35,887 nt of DNA, taken from IMG/VR virus record IMGVR_UViG_3300045988_088904, positions 1 to 35,887 of that record; one strand, written 5' to 3'. Positions within the stretch are counted from its first letter, which is position 1; every line of letters starts with the position of its first letter. The notes under the pieces were generated by a model, which worked only from the letters and a program-made list of their open reading frames with translations, ran no database searches and was not told the origin of the DNA. Below are positions 17,075-26,665 of this stretch, piece after piece. A program made the position numbers and the translations under genes. Source of the DNA: a virus.

Positions 17075-19098
17075 GCTCGACACTGACACTGACCGCGAAC
17101 AAGTCGGCGGCGGTGGCTAAAGTCTGGGGTGACACCAATGTGCATACCGGTGACATCTTTGACTTCCCATGGTACTCGGATGATAGTACCTACCCGGACG
17201 CCAACTATTATATCTATCTCGGCTTCAACGCCCCATCGGAAGCTTACAAATACCGCCCCATTCTCTCGGCGATCTTCAAGTGCGGAGCCGGGAAGAGCCT
17301 TTCGTATTGTCAAACTTTCCTGAAAGGTTTGCAGCAAAGCTTCAACGAAGACAGCGTCAATTACTCAAATCAACCTGCCATAGATTCAACACTTCAGGGC
17401 TCCTTTCATGTCGGCTCATACACGACCATAGAGTGGAACCAGACTGATTTGAAACCGGATGGAGCCGCTCTTGCCGCAGTATACGGGCTCCGTTTGGATT
17501 GCCGAGTATCCCGAATGAGCGGAGCTTCCTCAGCAATTGCTCGCTTTGCAAGTTCGAGACATGCCGAGAAAGCCCCCGTTATCATTGCAACCCTCGGCGA
17601 CTCGGACGTCACCGCTGTAGTATCTCCGGTTTCCCCCGCCGCAGGCAGCTTTGTTAACAGGGCCGAAAAGGTCTCGTTTATGGCCAGCGTTGGGAATAGT
17701 GCCATATCGTTCGCGGCGCTTTCCGCCCAGAGTGCCACTCTTGAATATCGCACCGCAGGCGCGACCGCTGTCACCAGCAAAACTGCCGTTGTTTCTTCTT
17801 CCGGCATAAGTTATACCGCCCCGGCCAACCTGTTCGCGTCCGGCAACTATGAATATCGGTTCAAAATAGTCGACAATTTAGGCCGCGCTGCATATTCGGC
17901 GTGGACGGCATTTACAACCGCCGACACCATTCCTGTCGCGACGCCGCTCAGCCCCGACAGCTCCCTCGAAGACGGCACACAGGCACTCACATTCCGCTGG
18001 ACTCACAGCAACGAGAGCGGCAGCGCTCAGACCAAGGCAGAGCTACAGAAGAGCGCTGACGGCAGTGCATGGACAACACTCGGCACTGTGACGGGCGCAG
18101 CCAATGAGTACGCCGCCCCGGCCGGTACATTCACCTCCGGGACATGGTACTGGAGAGTACGCACCTACAACCTCGACGGCGCTGCCGGAGAGTGGAGCAC
18201 CGCGCTGTCGTTCGTAGTCGTCGCAGGCCCGACCAAGCCCGTGATCGTAGTCAAGGACGCCTCCCCGCGGCCTCGCATAAACTGGCAGACCAGCGAGCAG
18301 AGCGCCTCTCAGCTACAGCTTGACGACATCATCGACGTCACCGAGTACGGCAGTGAGAAGACGTGGCGCTGCCCGGTCTACCTCGACGACGGGGCGCATA
18401 CATTCCGCGTCCGCAGCCAGAACAGCTATGGACTGTGGAGCGAGTGGGGCAGCGCGACCTTTACCGTCAGCCACACCGCGAGCGGGGCCGTCGTACTCAC
18501 GGTCGACGCGGATCACCGCGCGGAGCTGTCATGGAATTACGCCGGGAGCTGGACTGAGTTTGTGGTCTATCGCGACGGCGTCGCGATAGCTAAAACGACG
18601 GACTACAGCTATACGGACGATTACTCCGTCGGCACCGTGAGGTATCAGGTGCGCGCCTGCGCATCGGACGGGACGTATAACTATTCCCTCTCGAATGAGG
18701 TCACGGTGTCCGTCATGCCTAAGACCGTCATGCTGTCGGCTTTAGGCTCCGGAGAATGGCTGTTTTTAAGGCTCTCCACGGCGCAGCACAGGACGAATAC
18801 CGTCAAGGCATCGCGCACGTTCAGCCTGACGCATCTGTCCGGGCGAAAATTCCCGGAGGCGGAGCTGACAGAGTTCTGCGACCGGTCGATATCCGTCAGC
18901 TACGCGACGGACGACGAGGCCGAAAAGGCCGCGCTGGAGGCCCTGATGGGCTCCCCCGTCTGTCTCAAGACGCCGGGCGGCAAGATGGTCATAGGAATCC
19001 TCGACACGCTCAGCGAGACGGAGAGCATGTTCTACAGCTCTTACAACTTCGCCGTGAGCCAGATGCACTATCCGGAGGAGGTCGACCTCGATGCGTGA
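17071..19098 (+). CDS. Tail tip protein with Fn3-like repeats (distal tail protein candidate)
   Basis: 675 aa. ATGA overlap with the tape measure gene. Repeated W..W/Y..R beta-sandwich-like segments. Confidence 0.6.
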   Translation: MSSTLTLTANKSAAVAKVWGDTNVHTGDIFDFPWYSDDSTYPDANYYIYLGFNAPSEAYKYRPILSAIFKCGAGKSLSYCQTFLKGLQQSFNEDSVNYSNQPAIDSTLQGSFHVGSYTTIEWNQTDLKPDGAALAAVYGLRLDCRVSRMSGASSAIARFASSRHAEKAPVIIATLGDSDVTAVVSPVSPAAGSFVNRAEKVSFMASVGNSAISFAALSAQSATLEYRTAGATAVTSKTAVVSSSGISYTAPANLFASGNYEYRFKIVDNLGRAAYSAWTAFTTADTIPVATPLSPDSSLEDGTQALTFRWTHSNESGSAQTKAELQKSADGSAWTTLGTVTGAANEYAAPAGTFTSGTWYWRVRTYNLDGAAGEWSTALSFVVVAGPTKPVIVVKDASPRPRINWQTSEQSASQLQLDDIIDVTEYGSEKTWRCPVYLDDGAHTFRVRSQNSYGLWSEWGSATFTVSHTASGAVVLTVDADHRAELSWNYAGSWTEFVVYRDGVAIAKTTDYSYTDDYSVGTVRYQVRACASDGTYNYSLSNEVTVSVMPKTVMLSALGSGEWLFLRLSTAQHRTNTVKASRTFSLTHLSGRKFPEAELTEFCDRSISVSYATDDEAEKAALEALMGSPVCLKTPGGKMVIGILDTLSETESMFYSSYNFAVSQMHYPEEVDLDA

Positions 19099-20122
19099 GA
19101 CGCGATACAAACTCAACGCGCTGCGCAATGGGGCGTTTCTTGCGGAGCTGCTCTTCTCCCCGGACGACGCGCCGAACATCAAGTTTGCCGCTGACGGTGA
19201 AATAAAGGGCAGCTTCTCCGGAGAGATCGTCCCCGACGCGGACTTTGACCTGCTGCGCGACGAGCTCCAGCCGATGATCTTCACTGACACCGGTTGGAAG
19301 AGCCTGGGCATTTTCCGCCCAACAACTCCGACGCTGCAAGGCAGCACGACCGGAGAACGGCAGCAGATCACCGCCTACGACCGCGGCTGGATACTGAAGA
19401 ATGACCGAATTGAAAGCCGCCTGTTCATCGCGGCCGGGACGAACTATATAACCGCAGCTGAGCAGCAGCTCGCTGCGGCAAACATAGCCCGGACGCGCAT
19501 CATCCCCAACGCCTCTACGCTTCCGGCTGACCGTGAGTTTGAGCCGGGAACAACGAGGCTCGACATTATCAACACTCTGATGGGCGAGATCGTATACCGC
19601 GAGGTCTGGTTTGACGGAGACGGGCTGGCGCATCTTGAGCCTTATGCAGCGCCCGCCGTCGAGCGGATCAAGCACCGGTACAGCTCTCGCAACATCCTGC
19701 GAGAGCCTATGGCCCCGGATTACAGCGCTGGGACGGACATCTTTTCCGCGCCTAACGTGTTCATCTGCACCTGCGCTAACGCCGACCGGAGCGCGACTCT
19801 GACAGCGACCGCAGTCAACGACTCCCCGGTGTCTTCCAAAAGCACCATCAGGCGCGGGATGCGCATCTGTCAGCAGGTCAAGGTCAACGAGATCGCCGAC
19901 CAAGCAGCGCTTGACGCTTACGCGAAGAGGCTCGTTACAGAGTCTCAGCTGAGCACACAGACGGTCGAGTTTTCCACACTGGCCGAAGCCGGGCACGGAG
20001 TCGGGGACATTATCGCGATAGATCACCCGACCATCGGGGGAATTTATGAGGAGACCGGCTGGAGCCTCACGCTCCGCGCCGGTGAGCTCATGAAGCACAC
20101 TGCGAAAAGGACGGTGCTGTAA
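19091..20122 (+). CDS. Tail-associated / baseplate hub-like protein
   Basis: 343 aa at the second position after the tape measure gene; overlaps the upstream stop. Confidence 0.55.
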   Translation: MRETRYKLNALRNGAFLAELLFSPDDAPNIKFAADGEIKGSFSGEIVPDADFDLLRDELQPMIFTDTGWKSLGIFRPTTPTLQGSTTGERQQITAYDRGWILKNDRIESRLFIAAGTNYITAAEQQLAAANIARTRIIPNASTLPADREFEPGTTRLDIINTLMGEIVYREVWFDGDGLAHLEPYAAPAVERIKHRYSSRNILREPMAPDYSAGTDIFSAPNVFICTCANADRSATLTATAVNDSPVSSKSTIRRGMRICQQVKVNEIADQAALDAYAKRLVTESQLSTQTVEFSTLAEAGHGVGDIIAIDHPTIGGIYEETGWSLTLRAGELMKHTAKRTVL

Positions 20123-20364
20123 TGGATGAGTTCTTCAACCTGTCCGCCGCCGAGGCGGAGCGTCCGCAGTTCCTGATCGCCACTGTCGGCGCTGTCGCGA
20201 CCGACGGCGTGACGCTGATCTTCGCGGGCGAATCCGCACCGTCGACAAAAAAGTACAAAGGCAACGCCGCTCTTACGCTGAAGGCCGGGGATCGTGTGAA
20301 GCTGTCCTACGACAGCGGCACGTACCTGATCGACTACGTGATCGGTGTGCCGAAGTCCGGATAA
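20122..20364 (+). CDS. Hypothetical tail-module protein
   Basis: TAATG overlap with the upstream gene. 80 aa. Confidence 0.5.
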   Translation: MDEFFNLSAAEAERPQFLIATVGAVATDGVTLIFAGESAPSTKKYKGNAALTLKAGDRVKLSYDSGTYLIDYVIGVPKSG

Positions 20365-20375
20365 GGAGGTACACT

Positions 20376-20687
20376 ATGCTGACTATCCTTCAGGGGGACG
20401 CGCTGAGCGTCCCGATATCCATCAAACTCAACGGCATAGAAGTGACTGACGCCGATATACAGGCGGTCAAGGTCACGATGGGCGGCATTGAGAAGCGTTA
20501 TCCCGGAGAGATCACATACGACTCCGGCCGATTTCTCTTCCCACTGACGCAGGAGGAAACGCTGGGCATGACGCCGGGCGTCAACGAGGCGATAATCCGC
20601 CCGAAGTTTTCCGCCGAAAGCCTCCGCGGGGCGAGGATAAAAACCGCCTTCAGCGTGATCGCCTCTCCCGACAAGGAGGTGCTGTGA
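20376..20687 (+). CDS. Hypothetical tail-module protein
   Basis: AAGGAGG RBS. 103 aa. Confidence 0.55.
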   Translation: MLTILQGDALSVPISIKLNGIEVTDADIQAVKVTMGGIEKRYPGEITYDSGRFLFPLTQEETLGMTPGVNEAIIRPKFSAESLRGARIKTAFSVIASPDKEVL

Positions 20688-20947
20688 TGGGCTGCTGCGG
20701 GCTGACCGTCGAGCTGATAGACGAGGCCCTGACCGTTGAGCTCGGCTCCGCCATCGTCAGCAGCGGCGGGAGCATCCATGACTATTATGACGGCGCGTAT
20801 GACGTCGAGCCGCTCCGGACGGCACAGGTGCTGGAGACCGAGGGGCTCGTCATGCGCAAGGACGTGAACGTCCGGGGCGTCACCTTTCAGCAGACCACCA
20901 ACGCCGCCGGAGGAAAGACCTGCAACATAGGAGGTGCAGATAACTAA
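20687..20947 (+). CDS. Hypothetical tail-module protein
   Basis: ATG overlaps the upstream TGA. C-terminal TTNAAGGKTCNIGG motif is shared with the next protein. Confidence 0.5.
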   Translation: MGCCGLTVELIDEALTVELGSAIVSSGGSIHDYYDGAYDVEPLRTAQVLETEGLVMRKDVNVRGVTFQQTTNAAGGKTCNIGGADN

Positions 20948-21522
20948 TGGGAAACAGTAAAATCATTTTTTACGGCGAGACCCTGATGGATCTCACCGGC
21001 GACACCGTAAGCAAGGAGAAACTGCTCAAGGGGATCACCGCGCACGACAAGGCCGGTGATCCCGTCATCGGCACGTGTGAGTTTGATAGCGACACGAGCG
21101 ACGCCACCGCGAACGTGGACGATCTCCTCGCCGGGGAGACCGCTTACGCGCGCGGCGCGAAGCTTACCGGCACCATGCCAAACCGCGGCGCTGCGGCCGG
21201 GGAGATCGCCTCCAAGGACGGCGAGTACACCATTGAGCTCGGCTACCACGACGGCAGCGGCAAGGTCGGCATAGCCGCCGCGGAGAAGCTGAAGCTCGTC
21301 GCCGGGAATATCAAAAAAGATGTGACGATCCTCGGCGTCAAGGGTACCTATGGCGGCGAGAGCGTCAACGCACAGAGCAAGAACGCGACCCCGGCCAAGA
21401 CGGCACAGACGATCCTCCCCGACGAGGGCTACGACTACCTCTCTGAGGTCGTTATTGCCGCCGTGCCGTACACCAGCGCTGCGAACGCTGCCGGAGGTAT
21501 GACCGTCACGATCGGAGCCTGA
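20947..21522 (+). CDS. Tail fibre / receptor-binding candidate, paralog A
   Basis: N-terminus MGNSKIIFYGETLMDLTGDTVSKEKLLKGITAHDKAGDPVIGT is shared with the next gene. Confidence 0.6.
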   Translation: MGNSKIIFYGETLMDLTGDTVSKEKLLKGITAHDKAGDPVIGTCEFDSDTSDATANVDDLLAGETAYARGAKLTGTMPNRGAAAGEIASKDGEYTIELGYHDGSGKVGIAAAEKLKLVAGNIKKDVTILGVKGTYGGESVNAQSKNATPAKTAQTILPDEGYDYLSEVVIAAVPYTSAANAAGGMTVTIGA

Positions 21523-21524
21523 GC

Positions 21525-22340
21525 ATGGGCAACAGTAAGATCGTCTACTATGGCGAGACGCTGATAGACCTCACCGGCGACACCGTCGAGGCCGCGAAGC
21601 TCCTCAAGGGCATCACGGCGCACGACAAGAAGGGTGAGACGATCACCGGCACGTTTGAGGCGGCCGACCCCTACGCGGCCATCGGGGTGACATACCCCTC
21701 GGGGAGCGTCTGCACCTGCACGAACGGCACACTGACGCTGACGGCGAAAGACACGAGCGGCAAGGCGATATTCGTTATCCCCTCCGCCGGGACGTGGACG
21801 GTCACGGCGGTCAGCGGCAGCAAGAGCACGAGCAAAACGGTGTCAATCACAGCTGAGGGGCAAGTTGAGACTGTGACGCTGATGTTTGAAACGATACTCT
21901 GGGAGGCAGGCTCCGATCAGAACACGTCCTTAACAGGCGGCTTTGCTGTAAATGACACGAACTATGTCACGGTGGGCGACAGCACAGTAACCATAACTGG
22001 TAACAGGACATACTTCGGTGAGGGCAGTAACAATTGGTCATACAGTGGCAACTTTTACACCAAGAAGAAAGTGACCAAAGGTGAGTTCGAGTATTTCTGC
22101 GCCAACATCATAACGAATACCGGCACCAACGCCGACAATAAAGCGTGGCTTTACGCAGCAGACCAATATAATTTTACCGAGGGCAATACGATTACAAGAC
22201 TTGAAATTCCGGTCACTACTGGCGAAACAGGCATATTCAGGATGCCCCTTACTGGGGTAACTTCTGCTGTTCTCGGCATCCGAGTCTATGGTTCCATGGA
22301 CAAGCAAACGATCGTCACAGACAAGATTTGGCTTGAATAA
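21525..22340 (+). CDS. Tail fibre / receptor-binding candidate, paralog B
   Basis: N-terminus MGNSKIVYYGETLIDLTGDTVEAAKLLKGITAHDKKGETITGT. C-terminal half is markedly lower in GC. Confidence 0.6.
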   Translation: MGNSKIVYYGETLIDLTGDTVEAAKLLKGITAHDKKGETITGTFEAADPYAAIGVTYPSGSVCTCTNGTLTLTAKDTSGKAIFVIPSAGTWTVTAVSGSKSTSKTVSITAEGQVETVTLMFETILWEAGSDQNTSLTGGFAVNDTNYVTVGDSTVTITGNRTYFGEGSNNWSYSGNFYTKKKVTKGEFEYFCANIITNTGTNADNKAWLYAADQYNFTEGNTITRLEIPVTTGETGIFRMPLTGVTSAVLGIRVYGSMDKQTIVTDKIWLE

Positions 22341-22351
22341 GGAGGGGTAAC

Positions 22352-22663
22352 ATGAAAATCTACATCGACACAAATGACGGATTCAAGTGTTATCCCACAG
22401 ATACCGGCGGTCTACTCGAATATGAAGAACCGTTTTTCAACGGCAAATGCTCTGAGTTTATAGAAAGCTATCGGTGCAAACCTGTTGGGTACAGGTGGGT
22501 ATCTGAAAACGGCGAATTTGTCCGAGCAGATTGCAAGCTTGTAGCTCCGTGGAAAGACTTAAGTGAAGCGTACGCGGCACAGGCTGCATACGTAACGGCG
22601 CAGAATAAGCAGTACGAAGCAGCCCTGACCGCCATTGAAAACGCGCTGGAGGTGACGACATGA
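22352..22663 (+). CDS. Hypothetical protein (low-GC, follows the fibre gene)
   Basis: GGAGGGG RBS. 103 aa. Confidence 0.55.
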   Translation: MKIYIDTNDGFKCYPTDTGGLLEYEEPFFNGKCSEFIESYRCKPVGYRWVSENGEFVRADCKLVAPWKDLSEAYAAQAAYVTAQNKQYEAALTAIENALEVTT

Positions 22664-22800
22664 CCATTGAAGAAAGAGCAGAACGGTGTTTGACCCGCAT
22701 AGCGGAGATTAAGCAGGGCGGCAGTTCTGCCGAGATAGAGGATATGCGCGCCGCCCTCGCCGTGTTGGGCGTCACCGACGAAGAGGAGGGCAACGAATGA
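22660..22800 (+). CDS. Small (46 aa) translationally coupled ORF
   Basis: ATGA overlaps at both ends (22660-22663 and 22797-22800). MTIEERAERCLTRIAEIKQGGSSAEIEDMRAALAVLGVTDEEEGNE. Below the ORF-track length cutoff. Confidence 0.45.
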   Translation: MTIEERAERCLTRIAEIKQGGSSAEIEDMRAALAVLGVTDEEEGNE

Positions 22801-23207
22801 GCTACCTCAAAAACGCGCAGAAGCTCCGCAACGACATCGATAGTGCCGGTGCAATGCTGACAGATGAACAGGCCGTAACCGTACCGGCGATATACTGGCC
22901 ATGGGACGGAGACGGTGTGAAATACGCTGCCGGGGACAGGCGCACGGATGACGGCGTACTGTACCGCTGCATCACGGCGCATACGTCGCAGCCGACGTGG
23001 AAACCCGCCGATTCTCCGAGCCTTTGGGCAAAGGTGCTGATACCCACGCCGGGAGAAATCCCTGAATGGGAGCAGCCGAGCAGCACTAACCCCTACGCCA
23101 AGGGCGACAAGGTCAAGCACAACGGAAAGATATGGATAAGCACGATAGACAACAACGTATGGGAACCCGGCGTATATGGATGGACGGAGGCGACGAGTGA
23201 TGCCTGA
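22797..23207 (+). CDS. Carbohydrate-binding (CBM5/12-like) repeat protein
   Basis: Two Trp/Tyr-rich repeats: YAAGDRRTDDGVLYRCITAHTSQPTWKP and YAKGDKVKHNGKIWISTIDNNVWEP. Confidence 0.5.
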   Translation: MSYLKNAQKLRNDIDSAGAMLTDEQAVTVPAIYWPWDGDGVKYAAGDRRTDDGVLYRCITAHTSQPTWKPADSPSLWAKVLIPTPGEIPEWEQPSSTNPYAKGDKVKHNGKIWISTIDNNVWEPGVYGWTEATSDA

Positions 23208-23304
23208 CGACGATAAGACCGACAGCGGCTTGCTGACGGAAGACGCACGCGAGAGCGTAGACCCGACAGGGTGGCTGCTCTCAAGATTTACGACAGTGAC
23301 ATGA
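23200..23304 (+). CDS. Possible 34-aa ORF
   Basis: GGAGG (23187-23191) 8 nt before ATG 23200. Fills the gap before the endolysin gene. No further support. Confidence 0.25.
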   Translation: MPDDDKTDSGLLTEDARESVDPTGWLLSRFTTVT

Positions 23305-23314
23305 GGAGGGCACC

Positions 23315-24037
23315 ATGGGAATCATCGACAATGCCGTGGCCCGCGCACTTGAGATAGCGGCGGACGACAGCCACGGCTACGACCAGACAAGCCGCTGGGG
23401 ACCTGACTACGATTGCAGCAGTCTGGTGATCTCCGCTTTCAGAAAAGCAGGGGTTCCCCTCAGCTGCACTTACACCGGCAACATGCGCGGGGACATGCTG
23501 CGCTGCGGCTTTGAGGACGTGACCGGCAGCGTCGACCTTGCGACAGGCGCGGGGCTTGAGCGCGGCGACGTGCTCTTGAACCACGTCCACCACACTGCAC
23601 TGTATATAGGCGGCGGGCAGCTCGTGCAGGCAAGCATCAACGAATATGGCACTACGACCGGAGGGCAGACCGGCGACCAGACCGGGCGCGAGATATACAC
23701 GCGCGGGTACTATAACTATCCGTGGGACTGCGTGCTCAGATACTCAGGGGGAGACAGCGCGGACGATCCGGAGAGCACGCCGGCCGCCGCGTACTGGCCG
23801 CCCCGGCTGCTCCAGTACACGCCGGGGCTCCGGCTCATGGTCGGCCCGGACGTGCGTGCGGTGCAGGCGCTGCTCCTCTGCCGCGGGTATAACCTGGACG
23901 TCGACGGAGAGTACGGTCCTGCGACTGCTGCGGCGGTCGGGCGCTTCCAGACGGCCTCCATGCTCAATACGGACAGCGAGTGTGGCCCTCGGACATGGGC
24001 GGCGCTGCTGACACTTCCGGGAGGTGGTGCGGCATGA
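23315..24037 (+). CDS. Endolysin: NlpC/P60-type cysteine peptidase plus PG_binding_1 domain
   Basis: GPDYDCSSLV (catalytic Cys context) and HHTALYIG. C-terminal GPDVRAVQALL...VDGEYGPATAAAVGRFQ peptidoglycan-binding repeat. Confidence 0.85.
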   Translation: MGIIDNAVARALEIAADDSHGYDQTSRWGPDYDCSSLVISAFRKAGVPLSCTYTGNMRGDMLRCGFEDVTGSVDLATGAGLERGDVLLNHVHHTALYIGGGQLVQASINEYGTTTGGQTGDQTGREIYTRGYYNYPWDCVLRYSGGDSADDPESTPAAAYWPPRLLQYTPGLRLMVGPDVRAVQALLLCRGYNLDVDGEYGPATAAAVGRFQTASMLNTDSECGPRTWAALLTLPGGGAA

Positions 24038-24083
24038 GATAGGATTACCGGGCAGTTCAACCACAAAACGGAGGACATCTACA

Positions 24084-24341
24084 ATGTCAGAAGCAATAGT
24101 TTGCGCCATTATCGCCGGAATCTTTTCAGCACTTGGCGCCTGGCTCGCGAATCGCAGGAGTCAGGCCGTCTTTCAGGCGGTCATTGAAACTAAATTCGAA
24201 GAACTCAGCAAGCATGTTGAGAAGCACAATCAGGTCATCGACAGGACCTATGCGCTGGAGACTCAGGCTGCCCTCATGGACGAGCAGATCAGAGTCGCCA
24301 ACCACCGCATAGCCGACCTGGAGGCTTTTCACAAACCGTAA
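24084..24341 (+). CDS. N-terminally membrane-anchored coiled-coil protein of the lysis module
   Basis: ACGGAGGA RBS. Transmembrane helix IVCAIIAGIFSALGAWLA followed by a coiled coil. Confidence 0.6.
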   Translation: MSEAIVCAIIAGIFSALGAWLANRRSQAVFQAVIETKFEELSKHVEKHNQVIDRTYALETQAALMDEQIRVANHRIADLEAFHKP

Positions 24342-24342
24342 A

Positions 24343-24361
24343 TGTGCCCTATTCGGGCACA
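24343..24361. repeat. Dispersed palindrome copy 5, degenerate (TGTGCCCTATTCGGGCACA)
   Basis: One arm mismatch (G to T). Starts 1 nt after TAA 24339-24341. Confidence 0.85.
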
Positions 24362-24380
24362 AATTGAAAGGAGTCAAAAC

Positions 24381-24647
24381 ATGGAAATAGTAGGCATAGC
24401 GAGCGTGGCGGCGATCACCGTCATCGCATATCTTATCGGCGAGATCGTCAAGGCGACCGGCCTTGACAACAAATGGATCCCCGTTATCTGCGGGGTCTGC
24501 GGCGGCGCGCTGGGAGTCGTGGGCATGATGATCATGCCGGAGTTCCCGGCGACGGACTACATAACCGCCGTCGCCGTCGGCATCGTGTCCGGCCTCGCAG
24601 CTACCGGCGCTAATCAGATTGTTAAGCAGCTGGGCCGGTCCGAATAA
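24381..24647 (+). CDS. Holin (Hol44 / superfamily V-like)
   Basis: GAAAGGAG RBS. 88 aa with three hydrophobic segments. DNKWIPVI motif typical of this holin family (recollection). Confidence 0.75.
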   Translation: MEIVGIASVAAITVIAYLIGEIVKATGLDNKWIPVICGVCGGALGVVGMMIMPEFPATDYITAVAVGIVSGLAATGANQIVKQLGRSE

Positions 24648-24696
24648 CTATTAACAGGGCCTGACGCAAGCCGCGTCAGACCGCACAGGAGGAGCG

Positions 24697-24978
24697 TTGC
24701 CGCGCTCCGGGCTTGCCGACCGGTATGATATGACGATATCGGCAGAGCTGCGCGAGCAGCTCACCACGCCCGGCAGGAGGGCGTCCTTGCAGTTCCCGCG
24801 AGAGCTGCGCGAGCAGCTGGAACGGGACTGCGGGTTTACCGACGAAGAGGTCGAGATCCTCCGGCTCCGCGGCCGGGGATGGAGCTACAAGCAGATAGCA
24901 GACGAGTGTCACGTATGTGAAGAGACCGTCCGGAACCGCATCCGGAGGATCAAAAACAAAATAGCCACATTGATATGA
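24697..24978 (+). CDS. Small sigma-70 region-4-like / LuxR-type HTH regulator
   Basis: EILRLRGRGWSYKQIADECHVCEETVRNRIRRIKNKI. Start is uncertain (TTG 24697 or ATG 24730). Bounded by hairpins at 24661-24679 and 24979-25011. Confidence 0.65.
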   Translation: MPRSGLADRYDMTISAELREQLTTPGRRASLQFPRELREQLERDCGFTDEEVEILRLRGRGWSYKQIADECHVCEETVRNRIRRIKNKIATLI

Positions 24979-25011
24979 CAAGGGCAGCGCCGACCGCGCT
25001 GCCCTTGTTTT
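24979..25011 (+). terminator. Rho-independent terminator
   Basis: 12-bp stem CAAGGGCAGCGC / GCGCTGCCCTTG, 5-nt loop, then TTTT at 25008-25011. Confidence 0.8.
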
Positions 25012-25120
25012 GCCGCTTCCCTGCCGTTTACGTGCCGGTCTGGGAGGCGGTTTTAGATTAGAATATAAGCAGGAAGCCCGGAGCGCTACGGGCTGAAAAA
25101 ACATGACAGGAGGAAAACGC

Positions 25121-25651
25121 ATGGAATATGCAAGCAAGGCCACAGCTGACGCCGGCCTGACCACCGGCATCATCGGCACCGCGCTCGGTGCTCTGAACTC
25201 CGGCATCTTCAATGGCGGACTCGGCAATCTCTTCGGCGGCAACGCCTCCGCGGCTGATCTCTCCGGCATGGCAGCCGGCGCTGCTCTCGCCGCTGCTTTC
25301 GGCGGAGGTCGCACTGTTCCCAGCGAGGACAAGCCCGTCAGCCGCTACGAGCTCGGTCTCGTCCAGGAGAACGCCATCCTTAAGGCGCAGGCTGATGTCG
25401 ACAAGAAGCTCGTTGATGTCTATAACAACATCAACGGCCAGGTCGGAGCGCTGAAGGATCGATTCAGCGACTTTGAGAAGCAGCAGCTCGTTTACAACGG
25501 TGTCAACAACGCCGCTGTCAGCGTGCTTCAGTCTCAGGTCGCGGCTCTCATGGGTCTGACTAAGACCGTCATTCCTAACGGGAACGTCTGCCCCGGCTGG
25601 GGTGACGTCAAGGTTCAGATCGTGACGCCCGCCGCCGGTGCGACCACCTAA
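25121..25651 (+). CDS. Gly/Ala-rich N-terminus plus coiled-coil protein, unknown function
   Basis: AGGAGGA RBS before ATG 25121. 176 aa. Followed by a GGGGAGGC/GCCTCCCC hairpin at 25666-25685. Confidence 0.65.
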   Translation: MEYASKATADAGLTTGIIGTALGALNSGIFNGGLGNLFGGNASAADLSGMAAGAALAAAFGGGRTVPSEDKPVSRYELGLVQENAILKAQADVDKKLVDVYNNINGQVGALKDRFSDFEKQQLVYNGVNNAAVSVLQSQVAALMGLTKTVIPNGNVCPGWGDVKVQIVTPAAGATT

Positions 25652-25709
25652 GCCATAGCAAACCGGGGGAGGCGTATGCCTCCCCTGCTGTAATGAAAGG
25701 ATTTGAAAC

Positions 25710-26048
25710 ATGGTCAGTATAGACAAAGTGCAGACCGGAATCTCTCGGTACCTCGACAATGAGGTCGTACCGAAAATGTCCGGAGCTAATAGGTGGCTCT
25801 TCTCTGCCGCTGCGGCTGCCTATGTGGCAGAAGCCCCGAAGCTTGTGAAAAAGCTGAACGAGAACAAAGCACTCGCGGCGCTGAACCTCGTGGATGAGGC
25901 AGGCAACGTGGATGTTGAAAAGATATATCAGTATATTAAACCTGCTGCCGAGAAAGGACCGGCACCGATCACGCTGCCGATCATCGGGACGCTGACGTTT
26001 ACGGCAGCAGATGTGGACAGCTTATATGCCCACATTATGCAGGCTTAA
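25710..26048 (+). CDS. Hypothetical protein
   Basis: AAAGGA RBS. 112 aa. Confidence 0.6.
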   Translation: MVSIDKVQTGISRYLDNEVVPKMSGANRWLFSAAAAAYVAEAPKLVKKLNENKALAALNLVDEAGNVDVEKIYQYIKPAAEKGPAPITLPIIGTLTFTAADVDSLYAHIMQA

Positions 26049-26062
26049 GAAAGGAAAGCAAG

Positions 26063-26557
26063 ATGAACAAAGAACATATATCCGATTATAAAGCCCGGCT
26101 TGAAAAAGAGCTGGCCGAATTCATGAAGCTGCCCGTCACCGAGGGCTCCGCCGAGGCAGTCAAGAGCATGATCGAATGCCTGGACGCTGTCGAGCATCTG
26201 AAGCACTGCGCCGGGATTGAGGACGACGCCCACACCAGCGAGCGCCTGACCGACATTGAGCTGCGCGCATGGCTCCAGCACATGGACAATGCCGACGGCT
26301 CGACCGGCCAGCACTGGACGGAGGATCAGACCTCCAGCATCGCCGCAGCGATCGGTGTGACGTTCGACCATGTAACGGCCGAGGAGTTCTGCGCTGCGAT
26401 GAACATGATGTATTCGGATTACTTCCCCGTTGGCGTCAAATACGGCGTCGACCGGCCGGAGTTTTACGCGGATCTCGCCAAGGCGTTCCTGTTCGATAAG
26501 GACGGCCCGGCTCCCTCGGAGAAGCTCGCCGAGTACTATCACAAGGTCGTGAAATAG
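26063..26557 (+). CDS. Hypothetical protein (NADGSTGQHWT...MNMMYSDY motif family)
   Basis: AAAGGAAAG RBS. 164 aa. I have seen this motif pair in other Firmicutes prophage proteins of unknown function (recollection only). Confidence 0.6.
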   Translation: MNKEHISDYKARLEKELAEFMKLPVTEGSAEAVKSMIECLDAVEHLKHCAGIEDDAHTSERLTDIELRAWLQHMDNADGSTGQHWTEDQTSSIAAAIGVTFDHVTAEEFCAAMNMMYSDYFPVGVKYGVDRPEFYADLAKAFLFDKDGPAPSEKLAEYYHKVVK

Positions 26558-26565
26558 GGCGGTTC

Positions 26566-26619
26566 ATGCCCCCCATTATGCCCCCCAAAGGGCTTTTACG
26601 CCCCCCATTATGCCCCCCA
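26566..26619. repeat. Four direct 10-mers A(T/C)GCCCCCCA (candidate integrase/Xis arm-type sites of attP)
   Basis: Copies start at 26566, 26578, 26598 and 26610. They form a 22-bp unit GCCCCCCATTATGCCCCCCAAA repeated at 26568 and 26600. Confidence 0.7.
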
Positions 26620-26665
26620 AAATCTGGGCAAATTTGGGGCGTTTTGAGACCGTTTGACTAAAAGG

